DNA of 64,000 nucleotides from Candidatus Hodarchaeota archaeon (GTDB lineage Archaea; Asgardarchaeota; Lokiarchaeia; Sigyniarchaeales; SOKP01): contig JBHLKM010000013.1 of assembly GCA_048886685.1 (NCBI GenBank), positions 32,001 through 96,000 on the forward strand. The letters are read 5' to 3'. Positions 9,896-20,810 of the stretch are shown here, piece by piece (the first letter of the stretch is position 1; each line of letters opens with the position of its first letter). The notes beneath the pieces are model-generated. The model was not told where the DNA came from. It saw only the letters and a program-made list of their open reading frames with translations, and did not search any database. The position numbers and the translations under genes are program-made.

Positions 9896-10398
9896 TTACT
9901 TAACATTCCACATCATTGCGCATTCGCCGATACCGCCTTTTTGAACACCCTCATATCTTAGATTCCTAAAACCGAACTTATTTTTTACCTTCGATAAAAC
10001 ACCCATGATTACTTGTGGAAACATGCAAGATGGACTACCTTATCATGAAATCTATAATAAGTGTTTGCGAAGCACATTTTACAACTGTCTTGTTTAGCAA
10101 TTAATTTTATTACTTCGCCATCTTCATCTTTCACCACTTCTACTTTCGCATTATCTGTTATTGCCCATTCTTGTTCTAAAAATTGTTCTAATCGCTTCAT
10201 GAAATCATCTATCGTATTGACTCCTTTTTCATCGAATTCTCTTCCAATTGTACGCCCAATTTTTGTGAAAATTTCTCCTTTCTTATCCGCAGGGAGCGCC
10301 TTTTGTAAAGCATACCAAAGTTTGAAGAATGTACTATAAGGGACAGTATCAAAACGTGTAGTTAAATTTTGAACTTGGTTTTCTGTTAATGTTGTCAT
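9896..10398 (-). pseudogene. V4R-like Cys-rich small-ligand-binding protein with a single frameshift
   Basis: After ..CKMCFANTYYRFHDK a 1-nt shift near 10039 gives GSPSCMFPQVIMGVL...GECAMMWNVK* (stop 9896). Confidence 0.7.
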
Positions 10399-10720
10399 TC
10401 TATTTCATAACCTCTTTTATCTTCTTATAAAGATTTAGAATAGAAATTGGTAATCATCATATTCTATAAAAAAATGCCAATTACTGTATATATGATAACG
10501 GCTGAGCTATCAGATTTTTTATAACGTATAAATTATAGATATATCATAATATAATAGTATTAAATTAGGCTCTTTATAACAAAACTATATTAAATTACAG
10601 ATTAACTCTTTGATAATGGAGTTTAAAAACATTAGTAAGGAACTATTATTATACCGTAATCTATATTTTCTTTCTAAAATTATTTAAAATATAACCTAAA
10701 GAATTGAATAAATATTAAAA

Positions 10721-11350
10721 ATGACAAAAACTAATGAAACATTAGTAAATGGCGAAGCGAAGAGAGTTCTTTTTCAGTCAATGGAACTAATAATGAATAA
10801 TATTCAGGCTAACATTGACCACTTAGATAAAAATTTCAAGTATACACAAAAATTTATAGATTTAGTTCATGATGGTTTAATAAATAAACGTAGGTTTTTC
10901 TTATTAGCCTCAGGAAGAAGTGCCTTCATATTGCAATGCTTTGCCACTAGACTCGTTCATTTAGGTGCAGAAGTTCACATAGTTACCAATCTTGCAAGTA
11001 TGCCTGCCCTTCGAAAAAAAGACATTCTGATTGTGTTGTCTGGATCTGGTACCACGAGTATTGTCGTAAGTTTATTGAATAATTATGTAAATACAATTAA
11101 ACCGTATGGAATAATAACAATAACATCTCATCCAGAAACCGTTATTGGGCGTCTAGGAGACATTACTATCAAGCTAAAAGGCAGAACTAAAAGAGATAAA
11201 GCTGTGGGTGATACTGCTGTTCTTGCCCCAGAAGGAACTATGTTTGAAATAGCCGCCTTTGCCTACTTAGATGCAGTTATTGCAGAGTTAGCCATTAAAA
11301 TGGGAAAAACTAATGATGAAATGTTAAAAAAGCATTCACAAGCCACATAA
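10721..11350 (+). CDS. SIS-domain sugar-phosphate isomerase (6-phospho-3-hexuloisomerase-like)
   Basis: SGRS, RLVHLG, SGSGTT, APEGTMFE. Confidence 0.85.
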   Translation: MTKTNETLVNGEAKRVLFQSMELIMNNIQANIDHLDKNFKYTQKFIDLVHDGLINKRRFFLLASGRSAFILQCFATRLVHLGAEVHIVTNLASMPALRKKDILIVLSGSGTTSIVVSLLNNYVNTIKPYGIITITSHPETVIGRLGDITIKLKGRTKRDKAVGDTAVLAPEGTMFEIAAFAYLDAVIAELAIKMGKTNDEMLKKHSQAT

Positions 11351-11467
11351 TCACTTTTACTAATACTTTCCCTTAAAATTTAAATAACATTTAACATGCG
11401 CCGATTTATAGTGTTTTTATGAGAATTATCAATTCGATGACTAATAATCTCCAAATCGGCGCACACT

Positions 11468-12337
11468 TTATAAACAGAGTGCGCCAATTGCAGCACAAAA
11501 TTCAGAATTCTTTATAAATATAGCTTTATTTCCATTAACTTTACACATTACAGACAAAATTTTCTTTACTATCCTGTTTTCTTTTAAAAAGCCACCACAG
11601 AAAACAATAGTATAAATATCATTGATCCTGGCCATCAAGTTAGCAATCATGCCTATATTTTCACCAATCATACATATCAATGAATTAATAAAATCTTCTT
11701 TTTTTAGATTATTTAAGTTATAATTTAAATCAATTTTCCCAAAGGTTGCTGCCGTAAATTCCCTGAATGACAAATCAACTCTATCGTCTTCAGGCTCATA
11801 GATATCAGAGACTTTTAAATCAATTTTATATCTATTGCCACTATTAGCCAAGTTTAATGCTTCTTTGAAATCATCTAAATTAAACAGTGCTTTAAGGATG
11901 CCCATAAAAAAGCCACCTCCCAAAGCTGTACCACCTAAGTGTTCAATTAAATTTTTTTTAGAAACCATAGAAGTTCCAGTTCCGATGGTCACGATTAATG
12001 ATTCTGATAATTCTTTCTTTTTTTCTAATAAATGAAGTATTTCAACTCCCTTAACATTAGCTTCAAATTCATTTATTATTTTTGTTTCAAAATTTTTTGA
12101 ATATGTTTGAAATAAGTTGAAACTTTTCCCTCCTGTAAAATTTACTTTTTTATAATGCTCTATTCTTGACTTTATGGCATCTTCGAAATCTGTTGACTCG
12201 TTTTGAGTATGATAGTACGAGCAATTTAATATCTCATCCTCTAAGAATACCATTTTTGAAAGGCTTTGTCCCATATCTACTCCAATTGTATCTAATGGAA
12301 TTGTAGCATCCAAATTGTCTATATTAACATTAATCAC
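11468..12337 (-). CDS. Type II (Fumble-like) pantothenate kinase
   Basis: GVDMGQSLSK, TGG, INEFEA, IGTGTS, GGTALGGG, GENIG, AIGAL. Confidence 0.85.
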   Translation of the reverse strand: MINVNIDNLDATIPLDTIGVDMGQSLSKMVFLEDEILNCSYYHTQNESTDFEDAIKSRIEHYKKVNFTGGKSFNLFQTYSKNFETKIINEFEANVKGVEILHLLEKKKELSESLIVTIGTGTSMVSKKNLIEHLGGTALGGGFFMGILKALFNLDDFKEALNLANSGNRYKIDLKVSDIYEPEDDRVDLSFREFTAATFGKIDLNYNLNNLKKEDFINSLICMIGENIGMIANLMARINDIYTIVFCGGFLKENRIVKKILSVMCKVNGNKAIFIKNSEFCAAIGALCL

Positions 12338-12420
12338 CTAATTCATCACTTAACTTAAAATTCAATTCATTCATTATTTAATATTATTAATTTAATTAAT
12401 GAGTTATCTAAATCATTTTC

Positions 12421-13893
12421 ATGAAAGATCAGTCAGACTTACTTAACACAGAGGTTGCGATAGTTAAGGGTGATACACCGAAAGAAACTGTTTTAAATGG
12501 AATTGAAGTACTTGGGGGGATACATAAATTCATTAAAGAGGGAGATCAAGTATTTATTAAATTTAATTTGAACTTACCCACTGGTTTTCCCACGAATACT
12601 AATTTTGATGTACTTGTGTCATTGATTACTTCATGTAAAAAAGCTGGAGCAAGTAAAATATACTTGGGTAGTTTTCCATTTAAGGGTATTTCAATCGATA
12701 CGATTTCTAATATTTTAAATTTAAAGGATCATTTTAATAGCTTTGGAGCAGAATTAGTATTTTTAGATAATAGTGATATTTTTAAAGAGAAAAATTTCAA
12801 GAAGGAACAGTTGAATCAAATAAAGGATAAGTCTTTTACAAAGGTAAACATTAATGAAAAAAAATATTTTGTCCCAAAAACTATAATTGATTCAGATAAA
12901 TTCATTATTGTGAATCAAGTAAATGTAGATCCGTTATTTAAATTGAATCTATCTCTTTTAAATTCATATTCAATAATCCCTCCAAAATATCAAGAAATTA
13001 TATGTAATGAAAATCGAGATCCTGATTATATCCCTTTTGATCAATATAAAAACGATTTAATCTCTAACGTTATTGATGTTTTTACTATTAAGCAACCGGA
13101 TTTAGTAGTAAATGATCTTTTTTATTTATTAGAACGTGCTGGACCATATATTTATAGGGATTCTAACTTAAAAAAAACGGGAATAGTAATTATTGGAAAT
13201 AATGCTGTACCTGTTGATTTAACCACTTTAAAATTATTAAATATAGATATTCAAAACTATAACTTGATTTTGGAAGCAAATCAAAGAGGTTTAGGTACAA
13301 TAGATCCTCAGAAAATAGAAATTCTTGGTGAAAAAATCGAAGATAACAAAATTAATATAAATCTATGCATATCCAAACTCGAAAACATCAATGTAAAAAA
13401 CATAATAGTAAATACAGGTCATATTTGTTCTGGATGTTTTAAACAGGCATATCATCTGTTAAATTTTATGAAAACATATATGACTAAAGATCTAAAATAT
13501 AATTCAAAAAATGCTTTTTTGGTTGGTCAAGATCCTTTAGAACCAGAACATTTTACGAATGTTTTATTATTTGGTGATTGTGCTATAAAAAGTACGAATG
13601 CTAGTAATTTTAGAAAGATAGAAAAGGTTTCAAGAAAAAATACTGCAAGTAAGAAAAAATCTAAGAAATCAAAAAAACATAGTTCTCATAAACAGGAAAA
13701 AGTTAAGGAAAAAACAAATAAAAAAATATTAGAATTCCAAGGATGTCCACCTGATATTCTGGATTGTTTAGAATTACTATTTAAATATTACGGAAAGAAA
13801 AATCTACCTAATTTATTTTTTATTAGAACAATTTTGGAAACAATTGTTAATCCTAAAGAACAAGAAAAATTTAGGATGATGGGGGTTATTTAG
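12421..13893 (+). CDS. DUF362-family Fe-S protein
   Basis: GDQVFIKFNL, D..I.VN, CSGC, GDC, GCPP. Confidence 0.75.
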   Translation: MKDQSDLLNTEVAIVKGDTPKETVLNGIEVLGGIHKFIKEGDQVFIKFNLNLPTGFPTNTNFDVLVSLITSCKKAGASKIYLGSFPFKGISIDTISNILNLKDHFNSFGAELVFLDNSDIFKEKNFKKEQLNQIKDKSFTKVNINEKKYFVPKTIIDSDKFIIVNQVNVDPLFKLNLSLLNSYSIIPPKYQEIICNENRDPDYIPFDQYKNDLISNVIDVFTIKQPDLVVNDLFYLLERAGPYIYRDSNLKKTGIVIIGNNAVPVDLTTLKLLNIDIQNYNLILEANQRGLGTIDPQKIEILGEKIEDNKININLCISKLENINVKNIIVNTGHICSGCFKQAYHLLNFMKTYMTKDLKYNSKNAFLVGQDPLEPEHFTNVLLFGDCAIKSTNASNFRKIEKVSRKNTASKKKSKKSKKHSSHKQEKVKEKTNKKILEFQGCPPDILDCLELLFKYYGKKNLPNLFFIRTILETIVNPKEQEKFRMMGVI

Positions 13894-13897
13894 AGAA

Positions 13898-15478
13898 TTG
13901 ATAAACAGGAAATTCCAAGAAAATTGGTTAAAAATACTTAAATATAATTCTAATATTGAATTAGGAGACAAATTCAAATTAGTAGAAGATATAGTAAGAA
14001 TACCCCTCACACCAATAGGAGTTAATCCATATCTTTTATATTATCTTTTCGAAATTTTTTATCCAAAGTTTATCAATTCACAGCAGAATATCTTGGATAT
14101 AATAATATCTAATAACGGAAGAAATATTATTAAGTCATATTTATACAGGACAAAGAAAGCCGGTATTCATGAATCAATAGAAATAGTTCCACATGACATT
14201 ATTAAAATTCATAAAAAAGACTTTGAAGATATTGAAAGATTTTATAATAGAGTATTAGAAAGTCTGATTAAAAAGAAAGGAGTGAGAGTTTCATCAATTA
14301 GAGTTTTCAAAGAAAAAGCTATAAGTTATATTAATCAGCATTGTGTAGGTATTGAAGATTTACCTTTCGATGTATTTTTATTGAAATTCCTTGATTTGAT
14401 CCAAAAACTGATTGAACAAGATTTATTTATAATGTATCCAGAGCCGAAAATATTTAGATTCTTAAAAGAGATTATCAGTTTTTTAAATGGGTATCGAATT
14501 AATAGTATTTTTAACGTGTTGTACCCTCTATTACCTGAATTTAACATTGCATTTACATTTGGTTCTAAAGACATACTTATTATTTTACATTTACAAAAAT
14601 TATTTGTTTCAAACTCTGAGACACCGTATTTAAGATTAAAAATAATGCTCCCGAAAGAATTGGATATTAATGTTGATAATTTACACGAAAATGAAATTTT
14701 GGAGCTCGTTGGAGAACGTTTGCAAACAGAGAATGCATACTTTATAAAACAAAGTGATATAATTTTACTCTTTACAGATTTAATTAACTTGCCTGTTCAA
14801 CTTAAGGAGGAAGATCTGCTACTCTTTTTTCAGAAAATCTTATTTGCATATCGAAGTTATGAGAAACATTGGTATGTAAGACCAAAACCAATAGTTTATA
14901 ATAATCTACTGAGATTTATATTTAGGATTTTTGGATACAATTTAAGCCTTCGAAAAGTTTCCCATTGGGCAATACCTTATTTAATTTCTAACCTATTTGA
15001 GAGCTCGTTTGGATTAAATTCAAAGATTTTATTAGTAATTTCAGATTCTGGAAAATATAAAAAGCTTAAAATAAATAATTTAAACTATTTAGAGAAGGTT
15101 TCTGATTATATCCTCCTTTTTGAAATTGAAAATAAGACGTTAATAAAAATCAATAAAATAAATAAGGAGGATTTATTTACCGATGGGGAAATCAAAGGTT
15201 TAGGGTCAATTCGAAAAAAATTTTCTGAAAAACATGGTTTTCTTTCAAATGTAATTATAATTGATAAACTTTTAATCCAAAATCTTATTAAACATTTTAT
15301 ATTTAGACATTCAGAATATGCTCCTATCTCAAAGATAAGAACACTAAAGATGTTAAAAAGGCAAAAGTTCTTTTATATATTTCCTGAAATACCTCTCTAT
15401 AAATTAATCCAAAAAAAAAGTCCACTTGCTCTCTTAAAACTTGTTCTGCCAATATTCATCGATAAGCATGAATTTTAA
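13898..15478 (+). CDS. Hypothetical protein
   Basis: 526-aa ORF 4 bp downstream of the DUF362 gene. Confidence 0.7.
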   Translation: MINRKFQENWLKILKYNSNIELGDKFKLVEDIVRIPLTPIGVNPYLLYYLFEIFYPKFINSQQNILDIIISNNGRNIIKSYLYRTKKAGIHESIEIVPHDIIKIHKKDFEDIERFYNRVLESLIKKKGVRVSSIRVFKEKAISYINQHCVGIEDLPFDVFLLKFLDLIQKLIEQDLFIMYPEPKIFRFLKEIISFLNGYRINSIFNVLYPLLPEFNIAFTFGSKDILIILHLQKLFVSNSETPYLRLKIMLPKELDINVDNLHENEILELVGERLQTENAYFIKQSDIILLFTDLINLPVQLKEEDLLLFFQKILFAYRSYEKHWYVRPKPIVYNNLLRFIFRIFGYNLSLRKVSHWAIPYLISNLFESSFGLNSKILLVISDSGKYKKLKINNLNYLEKVSDYILLFEIENKTLIKINKINKEDLFTDGEIKGLGSIRKKFSEKHGFLSNVIIIDKLLIQNLIKHFIFRHSEYAPISKIRTLKMLKRQKFFYIFPEIPLYKLIQKKSPLALLKLVLPIFIDKHEF

Positions 15479-15483
15479 CATAT

Positions 15484-16572
15484 TTAAATTATGAATCCTT
15501 TAGCTACTAACAGTTCTGCACTTAAAATACTTCCCCCAGCAGCACCTCTTACAGTATTATGACTTAAAGCTACAAATTTAAAGTCAAATACATTATCCTC
15601 CCTTAGCCGTCCTACTGTTACTGCCATTCCTTTATCGTTATCTCTATCTTTTTTTGGCTGAGGTCTATCGATATTATTTAAATAAATAATTGGCTGCTTT
15701 GGAGCGAATGGTAGGTCCAATTCTTGAGGAACCGATTTAAAAGAACTCCAGATATCAATGATCTCCTCTTTTGATGGAGTAGAATCTTTAAATTTTACAT
15801 TTACACTAGCAGTATGGCCATCGGATACTGGAACTCTTGTACATGTAGAACTTATATCAATGGAATCATCATTTTCAATTCCATTTTCACCCACTTTTCC
15901 CAAGATTTTCAAAGGTTCTTTTTCAGTTTTTTCTTCCTCTCCATTAACATATGGAACAACATTATCAACGATATCTAAAGAAGGAACACCAGGATATCCT
16001 GCTCCAGAAACTGCCTGTAGAGTTGTCATAACTAATTTATCAACTTTATAACCTGCTTGTTCTAAAGCATATATAGGAGTTAAAAAACACTGAACTGAAC
16101 AATTCGGTTTTACAACTATAAAACCTTGTGTAAAACCCATGTTTCTTTGTTGGATCGGTATAACATTTATATGTTCATGGTTGATTTCACCAATAAGTAC
16201 AGGCACATCTGGACTCCAGCGATGAGCGGAATTATTGCTTATTACAGGGATCCCTCTTTTAGCATATTCAACTTCGAGCTCTTTAACTTGCTCTTTAGTG
16301 GGCATGTTGATAGCAGAAAAGACAAAACTAAGATCTTCTGGAACTTTTTCAAAATCCTGTACATCTCTTACCATTAATTCCTTGACAATTTTAGGGATCG
16401 AAAATGACATTTGCCATTTTGTCTTTACGGCTTCTTCATATGTCTTATCTGCTGATCGTGGCGATGCTGCTACATCAACTATCTGAAACCAAGGATGATT
16501 TTGTAATAAATTAATATAATTCTGACCTACAATTCCCGTGGCACCTAATATTCCTATCTTATATTTTTTCAT
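15484..16572 (-). CDS. asd: Aspartate-semialdehyde dehydrogenase
   Basis: GATGIVGQ, PNC, QAVSGAG, RVPVSDGH, HNTVRGAAG. Confidence 0.95.
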   Translation of the reverse strand: MKKYKIGILGATGIVGQNYINLLQNHPWFQIVDVAASPRSADKTYEEAVKTKWQMSFSIPKIVKELMVRDVQDFEKVPEDLSFVFSAINMPTKEQVKELEVEYAKRGIPVISNNSAHRWSPDVPVLIGEINHEHINVIPIQQRNMGFTQGFIVVKPNCSVQCFLTPIYALEQAGYKVDKLVMTTLQAVSGAGYPGVPSLDIVDNVVPYVNGEEEKTEKEPLKILGKVGENGIENDDSIDISSTCTRVPVSDGHTASVNVKFKDSTPSKEEIIDIWSSFKSVPQELDLPFAPKQPIIYLNNIDRPQPKKDRDNDKGMAVTVGRLREDNVFDFKFVALSHNTVRGAAGGSILSAELLVAKGFII

Positions 16573-16759
16573 AAAAGAACCTTCGTTTGTTATTTAATTT
16601 TATTAAAAATATGAATGTTAAATTATTTTTAGTATTGTATATAATTAAATTTGTTGATTTTTGTCATAAGTTTTTGAATTTTGATACATTTTTATGTGTT
16701 AGAAACTTTAATCTATATCGTATTTATGAATTTATTTGAAAAAAAATTAATGTGATATC

Positions 16760-17290
16760 ATGCCAGGACCTTATGATGAGTTAGAAAAAGAAGCTGAAAA
16801 CTATGAAAGACGATCAAAAGACGAATTTAAACAGAAAAATTTCATTTCAGCAATATCATTACTAGGAGAAGCACTTGAAATTTATTCGAAACTAGGATTT
16901 CAGGGCAAAATTGGAATGATTAACCAAAGAATAGCTCAGTTAAAAAACTTGGTTAAATATGAAAAACAAGATTCAGTTGTCAGAATAAGAGGAGATGTAG
17001 AGTTCCAACAACGTGTTGATACTGTTTTAAAAGAAAAAGAAAAGTATGTAGATCAAAAATTATCAGAGCAGAAAGCCCTACCTCCAGAAATGAAAAGAAA
17101 ACTTGAACAAATTGGATTAGTGGTTGAAAAGGCAGAAAAAGAAGAAAAACTAGGTAAAATTTCAAGAGTATTAGGGAGATATGAATATATTTTAGAGATA
17201 TATAAGTCTATACCTAAAGATGTAATGAACTTTTCTAATGAAATCTATGAAATTGAAAAGAAAATATCAACGCTACGTTCACAAGAATAA
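16760..17290 (+). CDS. Helical-repeat protein (TPR/MIT-like units)
   Basis: Two helix-hairpin units resembling the repeat of the 60865 protein. Confidence 0.6.
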   Translation: MPGPYDELEKEAENYERRSKDEFKQKNFISAISLLGEALEIYSKLGFQGKIGMINQRIAQLKNLVKYEKQDSVVRIRGDVEFQQRVDTVLKEKEKYVDQKLSEQKALPPEMKRKLEQIGLVVEKAEKEEKLGKISRVLGRYEYILEIYKSIPKDVMNFSNEIYEIEKKISTLRSQE

Positions 17291-17338
17291 TTATAATTCT
17301 TTCTCTTATTTTAAATTAAAAAAATTATCGAAATATTT

Positions 17339-18376
17339 ATGAAAAATCCCTTTAATGAGTTTTATCATGTCCCAAATTCAAAGGAATTATTGGATATGGC
17401 TTTTAAGAAAGGTATGAAGAGTTCTGCTCAAGTTTCAAAAAACGCTCCGATTCTAATAAAAGCAATAAAAAAAGAATCAAAACGTATAAAGGTTGCAATT
17501 GAGGTCTTAATTAATCGGATTTTAAATATTATAAAGATGGTTCCAATTATAGATGATCTTCCTGATTTTTATAAAGAATTGGCATCAATTTTAGTAGATA
17601 TAGACAAATTGAAACTAAATTTAGGTAAATTAAACGGAATTTTACCTATTTTAAGTAAAATAGAAAGAGAGCATTTAAACCGATTAAAAAAAATTGAGTT
17701 CCCGAAAGAAGGAGATAATATTAGAAGAGCTGCTTTTGGTAGAATATCTTCTATTATTAACAAACAAGGTAAAAATCTTAAATATTTAAACGATATTAGA
17801 GGTAGTTTGAGAAAGATTCCCACAATTGATTATACTCTACCATGTATAGTAGTTGCAGGTTATCCAAATGTAGGTAAAAGTAGTATTGTAAAACATATAT
17901 CAACGAATAAGAAAATTGAAGTTAAGGAATATCCTTTTACTACTAAACAATTAAATATGGGGCATTTAGAAATAGAACAGAGATTTGAGACAATTAAAAT
18001 ACAATGCTTAGATACTCCTGGTATATTAGATCGCCCTATGTCAAAAAGAAATAAAATTGAACTTCAAGCAATATTAGCTTTAAGATTGATCTCTGATTTA
18101 ATTTTGTTTATTTTTGATCCTACACCTGCATGTGGTTATGATATCGCATCTCAAATTGAATTGTTTCATGAAATAAAACAAAATTTTTCTAAAGAAGGAA
18201 AAATCGAAATTATCATTATATTTAATAAGATTGATTTAGCTAAGGACTCAGAAATTACATATTTAAAGGAAAAATTAAAACTAAAAGATGATGAATTTCA
18301 TTTAACAAACGCTTTAACCGGGGAAAATTTAGATAAGTTAATTAATGTATTAAAAAATAGATATCGGGGGAATTAA
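17339..18376 (+). CDS. nog1: NOG1-family GTPase
   Basis: GYPNVGKSS, YPFTT, DTPG, NKID; N-terminal helical domain. Confidence 0.92.
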   Translation: MKNPFNEFYHVPNSKELLDMAFKKGMKSSAQVSKNAPILIKAIKKESKRIKVAIEVLINRILNIIKMVPIIDDLPDFYKELASILVDIDKLKLNLGKLNGILPILSKIEREHLNRLKKIEFPKEGDNIRRAAFGRISSIINKQGKNLKYLNDIRGSLRKIPTIDYTLPCIVVAGYPNVGKSSIVKHISTNKKIEVKEYPFTTKQLNMGHLEIEQRFETIKIQCLDTPGILDRPMSKRNKIELQAILALRLISDLILFIFDPTPACGYDIASQIELFHEIKQNFSKEGKIEIIIIFNKIDLAKDSEITYLKEKLKLKDDEFHLTNALTGENLDKLINVLKNRYRGN

Positions 18377-19449
18377 TAATAATTTTAGTAGGTTTAGACA
18401 TTGGTGGGGCTAATTCTAAAGCAGCACTAATCCATTTTAAAGACGAACAAATCTTAGATTCATATTCATATATAGAATATTTTCCCTTCTGGGAAAAGAC
18501 TAAAACAGAGATTCCAGAAATGTTATACGCAATTATCGCGAAGTTAATTGAAATGAATGACTATCAACTCGAAGATATTGATTATTTCGCAGTAGCTATT
18601 ACTGCTGAACTTTCTGATTTATTCCAAACAAAGAAAGAAGGAATTTTAACAATTTTAGATGCATTAGGAAGTGTATTTAACAAGAATAAACTACAATTTA
18701 TTTCAAACAAACAAACATTTCTTGATTATAATATTGCTAAATCTGATCCTTATTCGATCGCAGCAGCTAATTGGGTATCTACAGCTCTGTTTTTAGGTCA
18801 ATTTGTGCCTAATTGTATTTTAATTGATGCAGGCTCAACCACAATTGATATTATTCCGATTATCGAATCAAAACCTGCTGCTCTCGGTAATGATGACATT
18901 TCTCGTCTAATTAATCACGAATTAATCTATACTGGAGGTTTAAGGGCGACTATCCCCTCCATAACTCATCATGTTCCTTATAAAGGTAAAAGTGTACGTG
19001 TTTCGTTTGAAAAATTTGCTTTAGTTTCTGATGTTCATAGAATATTAAATAATATCTCAGAAAAGGAGTATATAAATGATACTGTTGATAATCGTTCAAA
19101 ATCACTACAAGATTGTTATGCTCGACTCTCTAGAGTAATATGTATGGACACAGAAACACTTTCAAAGGAAAATTTAAACAAAATTGCTAATTATATTTAT
19201 GAAAAACAATTAAATATTATTTCTAGAGAAATTAAAGTATTTATGGATAAATTAATAATTAGATTTAAAGAATTTGAGAATAATCCGAGATTCGTTATAA
19301 CTGGTTTATCAGCTGATTTCTTAATTAGAAAATCTCTGCAAGAATTAGGGTATCAAAATGTTAGTAATTATGAAGAAATAACTAATATCCCTGACAAAAT
19401 CAGCTCATCTGCTTTTGCTGTAGCGGGATCATTCTACTATCAATTATAA
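18376..19449 (+). CDS. Hydantoinase A-like methanofuran biosynthesis protein (MfnF-like); probable ATA start
   Basis: In-frame LVGLDIGGANSK upstream of the tracked ATG 18520; TAELSD, AAANW, DAGSTTIDIIP. Confidence 0.8.
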   Translation: MIILVGLDIGGANSKAALIHFKDEQILDSYSYIEYFPFWEKTKTEIPEMLYAIIAKLIEMNDYQLEDIDYFAVAITAELSDLFQTKKEGILTILDALGSVFNKNKLQFISNKQTFLDYNIAKSDPYSIAAANWVSTALFLGQFVPNCILIDAGSTTIDIIPIIESKPAALGNDDISRLINHELIYTGGLRATIPSITHHVPYKGKSVRVSFEKFALVSDVHRILNNISEKEYINDTVDNRSKSLQDCYARLSRVICMDTETLSKENLNKIANYIYEKQLNIISREIKVFMDKLIIRFKEFENNPRFVITGLSADFLIRKSLQELGYQNVSNYEEITNIPDKISSSAFAVAGSFYYQL

Positions 19450-19464
19450 TATGTACAGAGGATT

Positions 19465-20190
19465 ATGAAATACAAAACAGCTTTATTTAAAATTGGCGGT
19501 TCAATTTTAGAAGATTTTGAGAATCTTAATTCTACAATAACTCAATTATCACAATTATTCGAGGATGATGTAATCCAAAGAATAATTCTGATCCCTGGTG
19601 GTGGTTCCTTCGCAAACTTTATCAGAAAGGTATATAGTGAATTAAAATTCACTGATGAATTGGCACATTGGATGAGTATAATTTCAATGAACTATAATGG
19701 CTTAGAATTAAGTAAAAAATTTCCTAAATTAGAGATTTTTGAAGATTATGATAAATTAAAAGAAATTGGTAAAAATTTCTGTATATTTTTACCATACCAG
19801 TTCTTAAAAGAAAATGATAAATTACCACATAGCTGGGATGTAACTTCTGATTCAATAACTCTCTTTTTGGCAAAAAAAATCGGTTTAAATGAATGTTTCT
19901 TAATAAAAGATGTTGACGGTATTTTAAATGAAAAGAATCAAGTAATTAAAGAAATATCTGCATTGGAATTAAGAAAAATGAAAGAATCTCGTAAATTATT
20001 TGAGCTAGAAACTTCGAATGATAAGTTAAAAAGCCAATCAAGACCAATAGATCCATATATAATAACTTTAATCGAGAAATGGAAAATCTCATGTGTGATT
20101 CTAAACGGCACATATGAAAGTCAAAGAATTGCAGACTTTTTTGATGATTCAAAATCCCTACTAGAGAAAGGTTACACTAGAATTAGTTAA
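19465..20190 (+). CDS. Amino-acid-kinase family protein (MfnE-like)
   Basis: KIGGS, PGGGSFAN, LPHSWDVTSDS, KDVDG; adjacent to the MfnF-like gene. Confidence 0.8.
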   Translation: MKYKTALFKIGGSILEDFENLNSTITQLSQLFEDDVIQRIILIPGGGSFANFIRKVYSELKFTDELAHWMSIISMNYNGLELSKKFPKLEIFEDYDKLKEIGKNFCIFLPYQFLKENDKLPHSWDVTSDSITLFLAKKIGLNECFLIKDVDGILNEKNQVIKEISALELRKMKESRKLFELETSNDKLKSQSRPIDPYIITLIEKWKISCVILNGTYESQRIADFFDDSKSLLEKGYTRIS

Positions 20191-20302
20191 AATATTGTAG
20201 TATTTATTCATCAAAAAGTATAGACTAATCTTTTGTAATTAAAGTTTTAATTGAGTTGATTCTAAATTATTATTAATACAATTAGAAAAAAAAGAAATCA
20301 AG

Positions 20303-20806
20303 ATGTCAAGTATTGAAGAAATGAAAAAGAATGCTGAATTCTTAATAGAAAATCTTCCTGGTAAGGATTTACCTGGTACTGCTAAAATCAGCGTACGTTA
20401 TAGGAATTTAGTTAATTTCGCTAATTGCTTCGGTATCACTGATCCAAAATATGTTGGTCCTGAAGAAGAGGGCATCGTTGCTTGCCATGCTTATGCAAAC
20501 GCTTATACGATAAAAAGCCTATATACTTTAGCTCCAGGGGCAAAATTTGTTCAAAATGGGGAGGAACGTATGCTTGTAAAGAATCCTAGAATGATACTTC
20601 ATGCTGGCAATAAATATAATTGGGAAGGTTGTGTAGATGTAAAACCGGGAGATAAATTAACTGCTACTGCGAAATTTGGAAAAGTATGGTTAGTTGAAGC
20701 AAATATGATGTTATTTGTAGAATTGATAACTAAGATTGTAAACCAAAATAATGAACCCGTCTGTAATGTGGTGGTAACAGCTGGATTAAGAAAAGGAGGT
20801 TATTAA
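20303..20806 (+). CDS. MaoC/hotdog dehydratase N-terminal-type subunit
   Basis: FA..FG..DP.Y, ILHAG, VKPGD. Confidence 0.75.
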   Translation: MSSIEEMKKNAEFLIENLPGKDLPGTAKISVRYRNLVNFANCFGITDPKYVGPEEEGIVACHAYANAYTIKSLYTLAPGAKFVQNGEERMLVKNPRMILHAGNKYNWEGCVDVKPGDKLTATAKFGKVWLVEANMMLFVELITKIVNQNNEPVCNVVVTAGLRKGGY

Positions 20807-20810
20807 TTAA

